Part shown: in pieces, positions 1 to 9,366 of the stretch
How the letters are laid out: each line of letters opens with the position of its first letter
How positions within the stretch are numbered: the first letter of the stretch is position 1
Assembly: GCA_032128115.1 (NCBI GenBank)
Contig: JAQBHB010000068.1
Location: forward strand, 1 to 64,000
Source: Deltaproteobacteria bacterium
Lineage (GTDB): Bacteria; Myxococcota_A; UBA9160; SMWR01
Direction of reading: 5' to 3'
Length of the DNA: 64,000 nt
Made by a program: the position numbers and the translations under genes
The notes under the pieces: generated by a model
Told to the model about the DNA's origin: nothing
The model's input: only the letters and a program-made list of their open reading frames with translations
Databases searched by the model: none

Positions 1-24
1 GCGTTGCAACGTTGTAGGTACCGG

Positions 25-2250
25 TTAGGTCCGGTTTGCCGTCGCTGGTGCGAGGGGCTTCGTTTGCAGCCATGAGCGGCGCCATCGCCGAGGCCAAGAG
101 GGCTTGCCGGGCGCCATGTCAGCGAGCCCGACGAGACTGATGCGATCGTCCTCGCGGATCTTGTCGTAGTCCGCCGCATCGCGGAAGGTCAATGCCAGCA
201 GTCCCTGTTTCTTCAAATTCGATTCGTGGATGCGCGCGAAACTGCGCGCAATGACGCCGGCGGCGCCGAGCAAGCGCGGCGATAGCGCCGCGTGCTCGCG
301 GCTGCTGCCTTCGCCATAGTTCTTATCGCCGACGATGACCCACTTCACGCCTTTTGCCTTATATTCCCTTGCGACTTCGGAAACGGACTTGTCTGACTCG
401 CCGCTAAAAACGTTTTTGGTGGTGCCCACCTTATCGTTGAAGGCATTGGTGCCGCCCATGAGCAGGTTGTCGCTGAACTTGTCCAGATGCCCGCGAAAAC
501 GGAGCCACGGACCGGCCGGTGAAATGTGATCGGTGGTGGTCTTGCCCTTGGTCTTGATGAGCACGGGCATGTCCAGAAAGTCATTGCCGTCCCAGGCGGG
601 CCAGGGGTGCATGAGCTGAATGCGCTCGCTGGTAGGGGAGACGGTCAGCTCAATGGCGCTGCCGTCGGCTGGCGGCGCGATATAGGACGACTGGCCGTGG
701 GCGAAGTTCTTCGCCGGCACTTCCGGAGCCGTCTTGGGGGCCTTGAGCTTGAAAGTCCTGCCGTCGCTGCCGGTCAGCGAGTCGGTCAGGGGATTGAAGG
801 AGAGCGAACCGGCGATGGCCATCGCGGTGACGATCTCCGGGCTCGCGATGAAATTCATCGTCGTCGCTTGACCGTCGTTGCGCCGCGGAAAGTTGCGGTT
901 GTAAGACGTAACGATGGTGTTGGGTTTGACGGTCGCGTCCTTGGCCCGGCGCCACTGACCGATACACGGTCCGCAGGCATTGGCGAGCACCGTTCCATTG
1001 ATGTCCTTCAGTGACTGCATCTGCCCGTCACGTTCGATGGTCGCACGCACCTGCTCGGAGCCGGGCGTGACCATGAAGGGTACCGAACATTTGAGCCCGT
1101 GCGCCTTGGCCTGCTCGGCAACATCCGCCGCACGGCTCATGTCTTCATAGGACGAGTTGGTGCAGCTTCCGATCAGCGCCGCTGAAATGTGGTCGATGAA
1201 CTCGTTGCCTGAATCCGCGACTTCGGCCGCGAGCTGGGATATGGGCCGCGCCCGATCCGGCGTGTGCGGCCCCACCACGTGGGGCTCGAGGGTGGACAAG
1301 TCGAGACGCACGACGCGGTCGTAATGTTTCTCCGGATCGGCCTCGACCTCTTCGTCCGGGCGCAGCAGGTCGCGGTTTTTTTCCGCCAGCGGCACCAGGC
1401 CCGCTCGATCGGTGGCGCGCAGATAGGTGGCCATGTGCTCGTCGTAGGGGAACATGGAAGTCGTCGCGCCGAGTTCCGCGCCCATATTGGTAATGGTGGC
1501 CTTGCCCGTTGCGCTGATGGTGCGCGCGCCCGGGCCTATGTACTCGACGATGGCGTTGGTCCCGCCCGATACGGTCAACGCGCCGGCCACGTACAGGATG
1601 ATGTCCTTCGGTGCCGTCCAGCCACTCATCTCGCCGCTGAGATAAACAGCGATGTGGCGCGGGTAAAGCACTTCCCACGGAAGTCCCGCCATGACCTCCA
1701 CCGCGTCGGCGCCGCCAACGCCAACGGCACACGCGCCGAGCCCGCCCGCGTTCGGAGTGTGAGAATCGGTGCCTATCATCAGTTCTCCAGGGAAGGCGTA
1801 GTTTTCCAACGCCACCTGATGAATGATGCCTGCGCCGGGTCCCCAGAAGCCTGCGCCGTACTTGGCGGCCGCCGAGCGCAGAAGGTCGTAGACCTCGCTG
1901 TTTTCCGTCACCGACGCCAGCAAATCGGACTTACCCTCGTCGCGCGCCTGGATGAGGTGATCGCAATGAATGGTGGTTGGAACCGCGACTTTGTCGCGTT
2001 TGGTCTGCATGAATTGCAGCATGCCCGTCTGCCCGAGCACGTCCTGGAGAATCACCCGGTCGGGGCGCAGAAACAAATAACTCTCACCCGGCTCCATGTC
2101 CTGCTCGTTGGGATTGTCCAGATGGCCGAGCAGAACCTTGTCCGCCAGTGTCAGCGGTCGCGCAAGCCTTTTGCGAACGATGTCGAGATTGCGCGCCATG
2201 GTCTCGTATACGGCGGCTGCCATCTCTGGCGTTGACTCAATCGTAACCAT
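25..2250 (-). CDS. acnA: Aconitate hydratase (mitochondrial-like aconitase), C-terminus apparently truncated or chimeric near position 100
   Basis: Motifs IHCDH, GTDSHTPNAGG, IGSCTNSSYED, NACGPCIGQW, TTDHISPAG, NYGEGSSREHAA. Likely ATG at 2250 after AGAGGG; ORF track starts at GTG 2277. After LADMAPGKP the sequence no longer resembles aconitase. Confidence 0.93.
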   Translation of the reverse strand: MVTIESTPEMAAAVYETMARNLDIVRKRLARPLTLADKVLLGHLDNPNEQDMEPGESYLFLRPDRVILQDVLGQTGMLQFMQTKRDKVAVPTTIHCDHLIQARDEGKSDLLASVTENSEVYDLLRSAAAKYGAGFWGPGAGIIHQVALENYAFPGELMIGTDSHTPNAGGLGACAVGVGGADAVEVMAGLPWEVLYPRHIAVYLSGEMSGWTAPKDIILYVAGALTVSGGTNAIVEYIGPGARTISATGKATITNMGAELGATTSMFPYDEHMATYLRATDRAGLVPLAEKNRDLLRPDEEVEADPEKHYDRVVRLDLSTLEPHVVGPHTPDRARPISQLAAEVADSGNEFIDHISAALIGSCTNSSYEDMSRAADVAEQAKAHGLKCSVPFMVTPGSEQVRATIERDGQMQSLKDINGTVLANACGPCIGQWRRAKDATVKPNTIVTSYNRNFPRRNDGQATTMNFIASPEIVTAMAIAGSLSFNPLTDSLTGSDGRTFKLKAPKTAPEVPAKNFAHGQSSYIAPPADGSAIELTVSPTSERIQLMHPWPAWDGNDFLDMPVLIKTKGKTTTDHISPAGPWLRFRGHLDKFSDNLLMGGTNAFNDKVGTTKNVFSGESDKSVSEVAREYKAKGVKWVIVGDKNYGEGSSREHAALSPRLLGAAGVIARSFARIHESNLKKQGLLALTFRDAADYDKIREDDRISLVGLADMAPGKPSWPRRWRRSWLQTKPLAPATANRT

Positions 2251-2366
2251 CTCTCGGCCCTCTATAAGCTGCGTCACTCGGCGTTGGTGCGTGACGGGAC
2301 TTTAACCCGTGCGCTTGAATGCGTAAAATCGATATTTCTCATACTTTCCATGCTTATTCTCTATAT

Positions 2367-2570
2367 ATGCGGGTGCTCGGCGCCATCGGCGTGGTCGAGA
2401 CCCGAACGCCGGTCCCGGTGGCGGAGGCGCAGCGGCGCTTCGTCGACGCTGGCGTGTGGATCCGGCCCTTCAACAACCTGATCTACCTGATGCCGCCCTA
2501 CCTGATCGAGCCCGCAGACCTCTCGCGACTGACGGCCGCGATCGCGCCGGCCCTGGCGCTGCTCGAGTGA
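2367..2570 (+). pseudogene. bioA: C-terminal fragment (about 67 aa) of adenosylmethionine-8-amino-7-oxononanoate aminotransferase; probably a contig-edge partial gene
   Basis: RVLGAIGVVET...FVDAGVWIRPFNNLIYLMPPY..LSRLTAAI matches the BioA C-terminus; the N-terminal part is absent and AT-rich sequence lies upstream. Confidence 0.85.
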
Positions 2571-2691
2571 CGATCTCGACAAAGGCCAGCGCGAAGTCGC
2601 TGCCGAATCAGGAACGATTCCGCTTTCCCGGCCACCGCCGCGCCTGCATAATGCTCCGGATTTGCAGAGCGAGCGCTCGGGAGGTGTGCAC

Positions 2692-3138
2692 ATGAGCGAA
2701 GAGACCCGGATCCGGGCGATCCGGATCGCGCTGACGATCACGGCGCTCGAGTTCTTCGGGCCGATCGTTCGGGACTTCGGCGCGAGTCACGCCATGAATC
2801 CGAGCTGGGTGGGCCACGCGCGGGTGCATCTGGTCTGGCTGCTCGGCTTCATGCTGTTGTCGGGCGTGGCGAACCTCTACCTCATCTGGCTGCGGCGCCC
2901 CTTCGACGTGCGCGACCTGTGGCTCTCCGCGGGCTGGCAGAGCTGCAATCTCGGCGGCTTCTGGATCGCCTACGTGTTGCTTCCGGTCTACGACGGCGCG
3001 ATCACCGTTCCTGGGATCCACACCGAGATCCTCGGCTACGACGAGAACGTCTTCGGCTTCTCGCTGCTGTCGATCCTGATGGCGGGGGTGTGGGTCGCGC
3101 TCGGCCTCGGGCGGAACGGTTCCGGTGCTGCCGTCTGA
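2692..3138 (+). CDS. Small membrane protein (DUF6640-like, His-containing)
   Basis: GGAGG RBS then ATG 2692; four hydrophobic segments; SHAMNPSWVGHARVHLVW motif; overlaps the downstream monooxygenase. Confidence 0.7.
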   Translation: MSEETRIRAIRIALTITALEFFGPIVRDFGASHAMNPSWVGHARVHLVWLLGFMLLSGVANLYLIWLRRPFDVRDLWLSAGWQSCNLGGFWIAYVLLPVYDGAITVPGIHTEILGYDENVFGFSLLSILMAGVWVALGLGRNGSGAAV

Positions 3139-4822
3139 GATCCCGGTGCTGATTGTCGGGGCGGGCCCGACGGGAAGCATGGCTTCGCTGCTCCTTGCGC
3201 GGCTCGGCGTGGACAACCTCGTCATCGATCGCCGCGGCGGCGTGCAGCGGGCGCCCGCCGCCCACGTCGTCAACGCGCGCACCTTCGAGATCGCGCGCGC
3301 CGCGGGCGTGGACATGGACGCCATCGCGGCGGCGGCCAAGGACCCCGCCGATGCCAACTGGGTCTACTGGGTGACGAAGCTCGGAGGGCAGACGCTCGGG
3401 CGCCTGCCCTTCGAGCGCCAGGGCGGCGACCAGCTGGCGCTGACACCCACTCCCCTGCGCAACCTCTCGCAGAACCGCTTCGAGCCGATCCTGCAGGACG
3501 CCCTTCGGCGCACGGGGCGCACGCCGTGCTGGCGACACCAGTGGGAGTCGGCCGTCGAGGAAGGCAACCGGGTCCGCTCGCGCATTCTCGATCTCGATTC
3601 GGGCCGAATGCACGAGGTCGCAAGCCGCTTCCTGGTCGCGGCCGACGGCGCGGGCAGCCGGGTGCGGAGCTCCCTCGGCATCGGCGTGCTCGGACCCGAT
3701 CGGATCCAGGGCTTCGTGATGATCCACTTCCGCGCCAGGCTGCGCGGGATTCCGGAGGTGCCCCCCGGCGTCCTCTTCTTCGTCTGCGATCCGGCGGGCG
3801 GCGGCGGCGCCTTCGTGATCCACGACCTCGACCGCGAGGCCGTCTACATGCACCCCTTCGATCCCGAAGCCGAATCCGAGAATGCCTACGACCCCGCCCG
3901 CTGCGCCGCGCTGGTGCGCGAGGCCCTCGAAGACCCGGATCTGGAGCTCGCGGTCGAGACCGTGAGCACCTGGAGCATGACTGCCCAGGTAGCGGAGCGT
4001 TACCGCGAGGGGCGGATCTTCCTCGCCGGTGACGCCGCACACCGCTTCCCGCCGACCGGCGGGCTCGGCCTCAACTCCGGTGTCCAGGACGCCCACAACC
4101 TGGCGTGGAAGCTCGCTGCGGTGCTCGAGGGCTGGGCGCCCGAGTCATTGCTCGCGAGCTACGAGAGCGAGCGCCGGCCGGTGGCCCAGACCAACGCCGA
4201 CCAGAGCCTGCGCAACGCCCTGCGCCTCGTCGAGGTGGCCCAGGCGCTCGGCGTCAGCGATCTCTCGCCGGCGTCACGCGCGCGCTTCGAAGCGACGCTG
4301 TCCGACCCGGCGGGCCTCGCGCGGGTGGGCGAGGCGATCGCGCGCCAGGCCGAGCACTTCGACATGCCCGGCCTGCAGCTCGGCTTCGTCTACGCACGCG
4401 GCGCCCTGTCGCGCGACCCGGCGGATCCGCTTCCCGACGTGGACGTGCGTCGCTTCACGCCAACGGGCTGCCCGGGCGCGCGGCTGCCCCACGCCTGGCT
4501 CGAGAACGGCGAAGCGAGGCGCTCGCTGCTCGACCTGGTACCCCTCGGTCGCTTCCTGCTGCTCGCAGGCCCCGACGGCCAGGCCTGGGTCGATGCCCTG
4601 GCAAAGGTCGATGGTCCGCCGATCGAGGGCCGGCGGCTCTCGGGAGACTTCGTGCGCGATCTCGAAGAATGGCTCGACGCGGCCGGCATCGGTGCCGCTG
4701 GCGCGCTGCTCGTGCGCCCGGACCAGCACGTGGCCTGGCGCGCGCAAAGCGCGGCGCCGGATCCCGCCGGGTCGCTTTCGCGGGCGCTTCGGGCGGTGCT
4801 TTCGGGCGACCCCACCGCATAG
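3125..4822 (+). CDS. FAD-dependent aromatic monooxygenase (PheA/TfdB-like)
   Basis: GAGPTG, ADGAGSRVR, LAGDAAHRFPPTGGLGLNSGVQDAHNLAWKL, PGARLPHAWL, LVRPDQHVAWR. Confidence 0.92.
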   Translation: MLPSEIPVLIVGAGPTGSMASLLLARLGVDNLVIDRRGGVQRAPAAHVVNARTFEIARAAGVDMDAIAAAAKDPADANWVYWVTKLGGQTLGRLPFERQGGDQLALTPTPLRNLSQNRFEPILQDALRRTGRTPCWRHQWESAVEEGNRVRSRILDLDSGRMHEVASRFLVAADGAGSRVRSSLGIGVLGPDRIQGFVMIHFRARLRGIPEVPPGVLFFVCDPAGGGGAFVIHDLDREAVYMHPFDPEAESENAYDPARCAALVREALEDPDLELAVETVSTWSMTAQVAERYREGRIFLAGDAAHRFPPTGGLGLNSGVQDAHNLAWKLAAVLEGWAPESLLASYESERRPVAQTNADQSLRNALRLVEVAQALGVSDLSPASRARFEATLSDPAGLARVGEAIARQAEHFDMPGLQLGFVYARGALSRDPADPLPDVDVRRFTPTGCPGARLPHAWLENGEARRSLLDLVPLGRFLLLAGPDGQAWVDALAKVDGPPIEGRRLSGDFVRDLEEWLDAAGIGAAGALLVRPDQHVAWRAQSAAPDPAGSLSRALRAVLSGDPTA

Positions 4823-5149
4823 CGACGCCACGCTTCTCCGGATCTCAGCGAGCGGATTCCTGGGCCCGGGTCAGCCGCGCGCGGCGATCCTCGAGCCGCC
4901 CGATCTCGGGCCACATCGCTGCGAAGGGCCGCCGGGGTCCGCTCGCGATCACGATCGGAAGCGCGTCGACCGCCGGCGGGCACCGCCGCAACCGTATCGA
5001 GCAGTGTGCGCATATGAACGGGATTGGACACATTGTATAGACCGCTGCCCGGATCGTTCTTGATGATGATCATCACTGTCCTCGTCGGTCGCGCCAAGAA
5101 CCCCTCCACCTCCCATTCCCACTCTCCGCGTGGCCGCGGTACAGGCTCT

Positions 5150-5405
5150 TGATTCGCGAATGTGCAGCCGATCTGATGCCTCGATGTCGATGGCATCGCG
5201 CTTCAGATCGGCGTAGCCCTACGTTCCGCTTGGGCAGAAGGTGACGTCCAGCTCACCGGCCTGAGTGGTCATGTTCACGATCGAATCCGTACCGGGGTCG
5301 GGTTCCGTGAGGGCCACCGAGCCATCGAGCCCCGCGGTTCGAACGAGTCGCTTGACCAGCTCGGCTTGGGTGACCTATTCACCGGCAGGCCGCTGACGGG
5401 CCTCA
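5150..5405 (-). pseudogene. Decayed remnant of an XRE-HTH antitoxin / nucleotidyltransferase pair
   Basis: Minus frame reads EARQRPAGE*VTQAELVKRLVRTAGLDGSVALTEPDPGTDSIVNMTTQAGELDVTFCPSGT*GYADLKRDAIDIEASD; in-frame TAG at 5219-5221. Confidence 0.45.
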
Positions 5406-5438
5406 CCGCAAGGCAAGTGCTAACCTGTCTAGATTAAA

Positions 5439-7058
5439 ATGGTTTCGCCACAAGCGAGCCGCATTCCACCGGAGGTGTTGCCCATTTCGGAATCCAATCG
5501 TCCCCCCATCGACACCGCAGATTTCGCATCCCGCCTGATCATCCGCCCGCTCGCCATCGAAGACTTCGACCACCTGATCGCCCTCCAGGAGCTTTGCTTC
5601 CCGGGCATCCCCACCTGGAAGCGGGAGCAGATCGAGAGCCAGCTCCGCATCTTTCCCGAAGGCCAGCTCGGCATCGAGCTCGACGGCAAGCTCGTCGCGT
5701 CGTCGAGCAGCCTGATCGTGGCCTTCGACGACTACGACGCCTGGCAAAGCTGGCGCGACATCGCAGACGACGGCTTCATCCGCAACCACGATCCGCGCGG
5801 TGACACGCTCTACGGCATCGAGATCATGGTCGCCCCGGAGACTCGTGGGTCGCGGCTCTCGCGGCGCCTCTACGAAGCGCGGAAGGAGATCGCGCGGCAG
5901 CACAACCTGCGCTGCATCATCATCGGCGGACGGATTCCGGGCTACGGCCCCAACGCCGATGACATGAGCGCCCGCGAGTACGTGGATCGCGTGATCGCCA
6001 AGGAGCTCCACGATCCCGTCCTGACCGCACAGATTTCGAACGGGTTCTCGCTCCAGGGCCTGATTCCCAACTATATGCCAGGCGATGTCGAATCTCGCGG
6101 CTACGCCACGTTTCTCGAGTGGCGCAATCTCGAGTACCACGACGTCCCGCACAAGCGCTATCGGGCGGTTGCCACCCAGCGGATGAGCCTCGTGCAGTAC
6201 CTGATGCGCCGCATCTCCTCTTTCGAGGAGTTCGAGAAGCAGTGCGAGTTCTACGTGGACATCGCGGGTGATTACAAGTCGGACTTCGTGCTCTTTCCGG
6301 AGCTCTTCACCACGCAGCTGCTCTCGCTGGTGACGGAGACGCGGCCGGGCCTGGCCGCGCGGAGGCTCGCGGAGTTTACCCCGCAGTACCTCGAGCTGAT
6401 GTCGCGGCTGGCGATGCGCTTCAACGTCAACGTGATCGGCGGCTCGACGTTCGTCCTCGAAGGCGACGCACTGCGGAACAGCGCGTTCCTGTTCCGACGC
6501 GACGGAACCATCGAACGACAAGACAAGCTCCACGTGACTCCCAACGAGAGCCGCTGGTGGGGCGTGCAGGCGGGCGACCACCTGCGCGTCTTCGACACGG
6601 ATCGCGGGCGCATCGCGATCCTGATCTGTTACGACGTGGAGTTTCCCGAGCTGTCGCGCATCGCGATCGCGGAGGGCGCCGGTCTGATCTTCGTTCCGTT
6701 CAATACCAATGACCGGCACGGCTACCTTCGCGTGCGAAGCTGCGCACAGGCGCGCGCGATCGAGAACCAGGTCTACGTCGCGATCGCCGGCTGCGCGGGG
6801 AATCTCCCCTTCGTCGAGAACGCCGACATCCACTACTCGCAGTGCGGGGTGTTCACGCCTTCGGACGTCGGCTTCGCGCGCGACGCGATCGCGGCCGAGA
6901 GCTCCCCGAACATCGAGACGGTGCTCACCCATGAAGTGGACGGAGAGCTGCTGCGGCGGAGCCGGCACTCGGGCACGGTGCGGCCCTGGACCGACCGACG
7001 GACCGACCTCTACACAGTCCGCTACCGCGGGCCCGATGGCGACGATCGGCTCGCCTGA
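5439..7058 (+). CDS. Bifunctional GNAT acetyltransferase / carbon-nitrogen hydrolase (nitrilase family)
   Basis: GNAT part ([29 protein letters not shown]); nitrilase triad [22 protein letters not shown]. Alternative start TTG 5478 after GGAGG. Confidence 0.92.
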   Translation: MVSPQASRIPPEVLPISESNRPPIDTADFASRLIIRPLAIEDFDHLIALQELCFPGIPTWKREQIESQLRIFPEGQLGIELDGKLVASSSSLIVAFDDYDAWQSWRDIADDGFIRNHDPRGDTLYGIEIMVAPETRGSRLSRRLYEARKEIARQHNLRCIIIGGRIPGYGPNADDMSAREYVDRVIAKELHDPVLTAQISNGFSLQGLIPNYMPGDVESRGYATFLEWRNLEYHDVPHKRYRAVATQRMSLVQYLMRRISSFEEFEKQCEFYVDIAGDYKSDFVLFPELFTTQLLSLVTETRPGLAARRLAEFTPQYLELMSRLAMRFNVNVIGGSTFVLEGDALRNSAFLFRRDGTIERQDKLHVTPNESRWWGVQAGDHLRVFDTDRGRIAILICYDVEFPELSRIAIAEGAGLIFVPFNTNDRHGYLRVRSCAQARAIENQVYVAIAGCAGNLPFVENADIHYSQCGVFTPSDVGFARDAIAAESSPNIETVLTHEVDGELLRRSRHSGTVRPWTDRRTDLYTVRYRGPDGDDRLA

Positions 7059-8360
7059 GTGGTCGCACCGGAGACGGGTTCACCCCGGCGATTCGACCTG
7101 CTCGCCACGACGCGGGGTAGGCGCCTGCTCTTCGGCGCGCTCTACTTCAGCGACGGCGCGCCGATCGGGTACGTCTGGTGGGCGTTGCCGACGCGGCTTC
7201 GCGAAGCCGGCGTGCCGATCGAGCAGGTGACGGCGCTCTCGGCGCTGCTCACGATTCCGTGGACCCTCAAGTTCCTGTGGGCGCCGCTCGTCGACGCCCT
7301 GCGACCGCGTCGGCTCGGTCTGCGCGCCTGGATCATCGGCGCACAGATCGCGATGGGCATCACGCTGATCCCGGTCGCGCAGATCCCGGTGCCCGAGGGC
7401 TACGAGCTGCTGCTCGGCTTCCTCTTCGTGCACGCGCTCTGCGCCGCGACACAGGACGTCGCCGTCGACGCGCTCGCGGTCGCCAGCACGCCCGTCACCG
7501 AGCGCGGGTCGATCAGCGCGTTCATGCAGCTCGGTATGCTGCTCGGCCGAGCGGTCTTCGGCGGACTGGCTCTCGCACTCGAGCGGCGGCTCGGCGGAGC
7601 GAACGTCCTCTATCTGCTGGTGGCCGCGGTCTGGTCCTCCACCATCCTCGTCGCGTTCGGCGCCCGCGGGGCCGCGGGCGCCGGGATGACGGGCTCGATT
7701 GGCGAGCGCTTGGGTCACTTCCGCACCACGTTCATGGGGATGCTTCGCAGGCCGGAGACGTGGATCGGCTTCGCGATCGCCTGCCTCGCGGGCACCGGAA
7801 TGGAGGCGACCGGCACAGTCGCCGGACCGATGCTGGTGGACCACGGATTCTCGAAGGAGACGATCGGCCAGTTCTTCGCGCTGCCGGCCGTGATCTGCAT
7901 GGCGACCGGCGCGCTCGTGGGCGGGCGCTTCTCGGACCGGGCACAACGCGACGTCACGCTGGCGACCGCGATCGGCATCCTCGCGCTGGCAGTCGGCGGC
8001 GTCGGTGCGGCGGCGGCGTACGGGGAGGGAGCCGAGCCCGTGCTGATCGTCGGACTCTCGCTGGCCTATCTCTGTTTCGGAGGCTTCACCGCGGCGAGCT
8101 ATGCGCTCTACATGGACCTCACCAATCCCGAACTCGGCGGTACGCAGTTCAGCGCGTTCATGGGCGCGGTCAATCTGTGCAGCGTGTGGTCCGCGTTCGT
8201 CGTCGGTCGACTCGTTGCCCGCTTCGACTACCCCGTCGCATTGCCCGCGATGGCGGCGATCTCCCTGCTCGCGATCCCGCTGCTCTTCGGCCTGCACGCC
8301 TGGAGGTCCCGCGCGCGCACGCCGGAGATGCCGGAACTCCACGCAAGGGAGCGCGCGTGA
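7059..8360 (+). CDS. MFS transporter, AmpG-like
   Basis: PWTLKFLWAPLVD, ATQDVAVDALA, TQFSAFM; about 12 TM segments. Confidence 0.88.
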   Translation: MVAPETGSPRRFDLLATTRGRRLLFGALYFSDGAPIGYVWWALPTRLREAGVPIEQVTALSALLTIPWTLKFLWAPLVDALRPRRLGLRAWIIGAQIAMGITLIPVAQIPVPEGYELLLGFLFVHALCAATQDVAVDALAVASTPVTERGSISAFMQLGMLLGRAVFGGLALALERRLGGANVLYLLVAAVWSSTILVAFGARGAAGAGMTGSIGERLGHFRTTFMGMLRRPETWIGFAIACLAGTGMEATGTVAGPMLVDHGFSKETIGQFFALPAVICMATGALVGGRFSDRAQRDVTLATAIGILALAVGGVGAAAAYGEGAEPVLIVGLSLAYLCFGGFTAASYALYMDLTNPELGGTQFSAFMGAVNLCSVWSAFVVGRLVARFDYPVALPAMAAISLLAIPLLFGLHAWRSRARTPEMPELHARERA

Positions 8361-8809
8361 TCGAGCTGCAGAAGATCCTGCTTCCGGTCGACTTCTCGCC
8401 GCTCAGCGAGATCGCAGCGCACTACGTCGCGCGACTCGCCGGCAGCTTTGGCAGCAGCATTCACGCGATCCACGTGGTGCCTGTGGATTCGCTCGTCTCC
8501 ACGTTTCCCGAGCAAAGCGTCTCGGTCGTGTCGCCGCCGCAGCCCAGGATCGCGCAGGCCGAGCACCGTCTCGAGGCATTCGTCGCCGAGTACCTTCCGG
8601 GGCTCCCCGTCGAGCGACGGGTCGTGTGCGGAAACCCTGCGGCCGACATCCTCCGCGTGGCTGCGGAGATCGGCGCCGACCTGATCACGATGGGAACCCA
8701 CGCGGACGGCGTCTTGAAGCGCCTGGTCTTCGGATCGGTCTCCAAGTCCGTGCTCGAGTCCGCCCCTTGCGCGGTCCTGATGGTACCGCTGGCCGCGGTC
8801 GCGGAATGA
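8357..8809 (+). CDS. Universal stress protein (UspA family)
   Basis: GTG 8357 overlaps the MFS stop (GTGA); KILLPVDFS, ADLITMGTH, FGSVSKSVLESAPCAVLMVP. Confidence 0.9.
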   Translation: MIELQKILLPVDFSPLSEIAAHYVARLAGSFGSSIHAIHVVPVDSLVSTFPEQSVSVVSPPQPRIAQAEHRLEAFVAEYLPGLPVERRVVCGNPAADILRVAAEIGADLITMGTHADGVLKRLVFGSVSKSVLESAPCAVLMVPLAAVAE

Positions 8810-9002
8810 CGATCGGGTGGGAATCGAAATGGACGTTCTACCGGTCGAGCGCTTGCTGGCGGCGACCTGCGGCAGCGGACAGACCAACCCCGCAGTGCTG
8901 GAGCGCGTGAACCGGGCGGCCCGCGCGGCCGGTCAGGGGGACGGGCGACGTTGCGCGCGCGGGTGCAGGATCGGACGAAGCGAGACCGTCGCGAGCGCTC
9001 CG

Positions 9003-9360
9003 AGGATCGGCTACCAGCCCGCGCTGGGCGGGGTTCGTGGCATCTCCGTCGCCGGCATCGTGCTCTTCCACAGCGGGTTTAGCTGGGCCGCGGGCGGGCG
9101 TCACGACGGTCGGATGTGGCCGCGCCGACCGAGGGATGTACCGGCTCCTCGGCAAGACCCTCGCCGTCAAGCTGGGGTGCGGAAAGCCAGACCAGCGCTG
9201 CGCTGAGTTCGCCGCAACGTACCGGCCGGACATCTCGGTGGTGCTGTTCGGACACTGGGACCTGCACGAGCGCAGGCTGCCCCGCGAAAAGAAGTGGCGC
9301 GAGCCGGGCGATCCCGTCTTCGACGACTACCTGCTTGGCGAGCTGTTCCTTGCGGCCCCT
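9003..9360 (+). pseudogene. Internally deleted acyltransferase-3/SGNH (OafA-like) remnant
   Basis: RIGYQPALGGVRGISVAGIVLFHSGFSWAAGG (AT3 N-terminus), then a frame change near 9097 to VGCG...RPDISVVLFGHWDLHERRLP...PGDPVFDDYL (SGNH-like). Confidence 0.6.
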
Positions 9361-9366
9361 CAGGCC

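Noticed and set aside
4845..5033. Small Cys-containing ORF (MCPIPFICAHC)
   Set aside because: No RBS or family resemblance; it lies in a degraded intergenic region.
5439..7058. GNAT-nitrilase fusion as a novelty
   Set aside because: This fusion is a known, widespread architecture.
7178..8356. Long N-terminal extension of the UspA ORF (similar extensions at 17342, 16625, 43484, 43948, 32680, 43011)
   Set aside because: The extensions overlap neighbouring real genes; internal starts with an RBS or stop-start coupling explain the true proteins.
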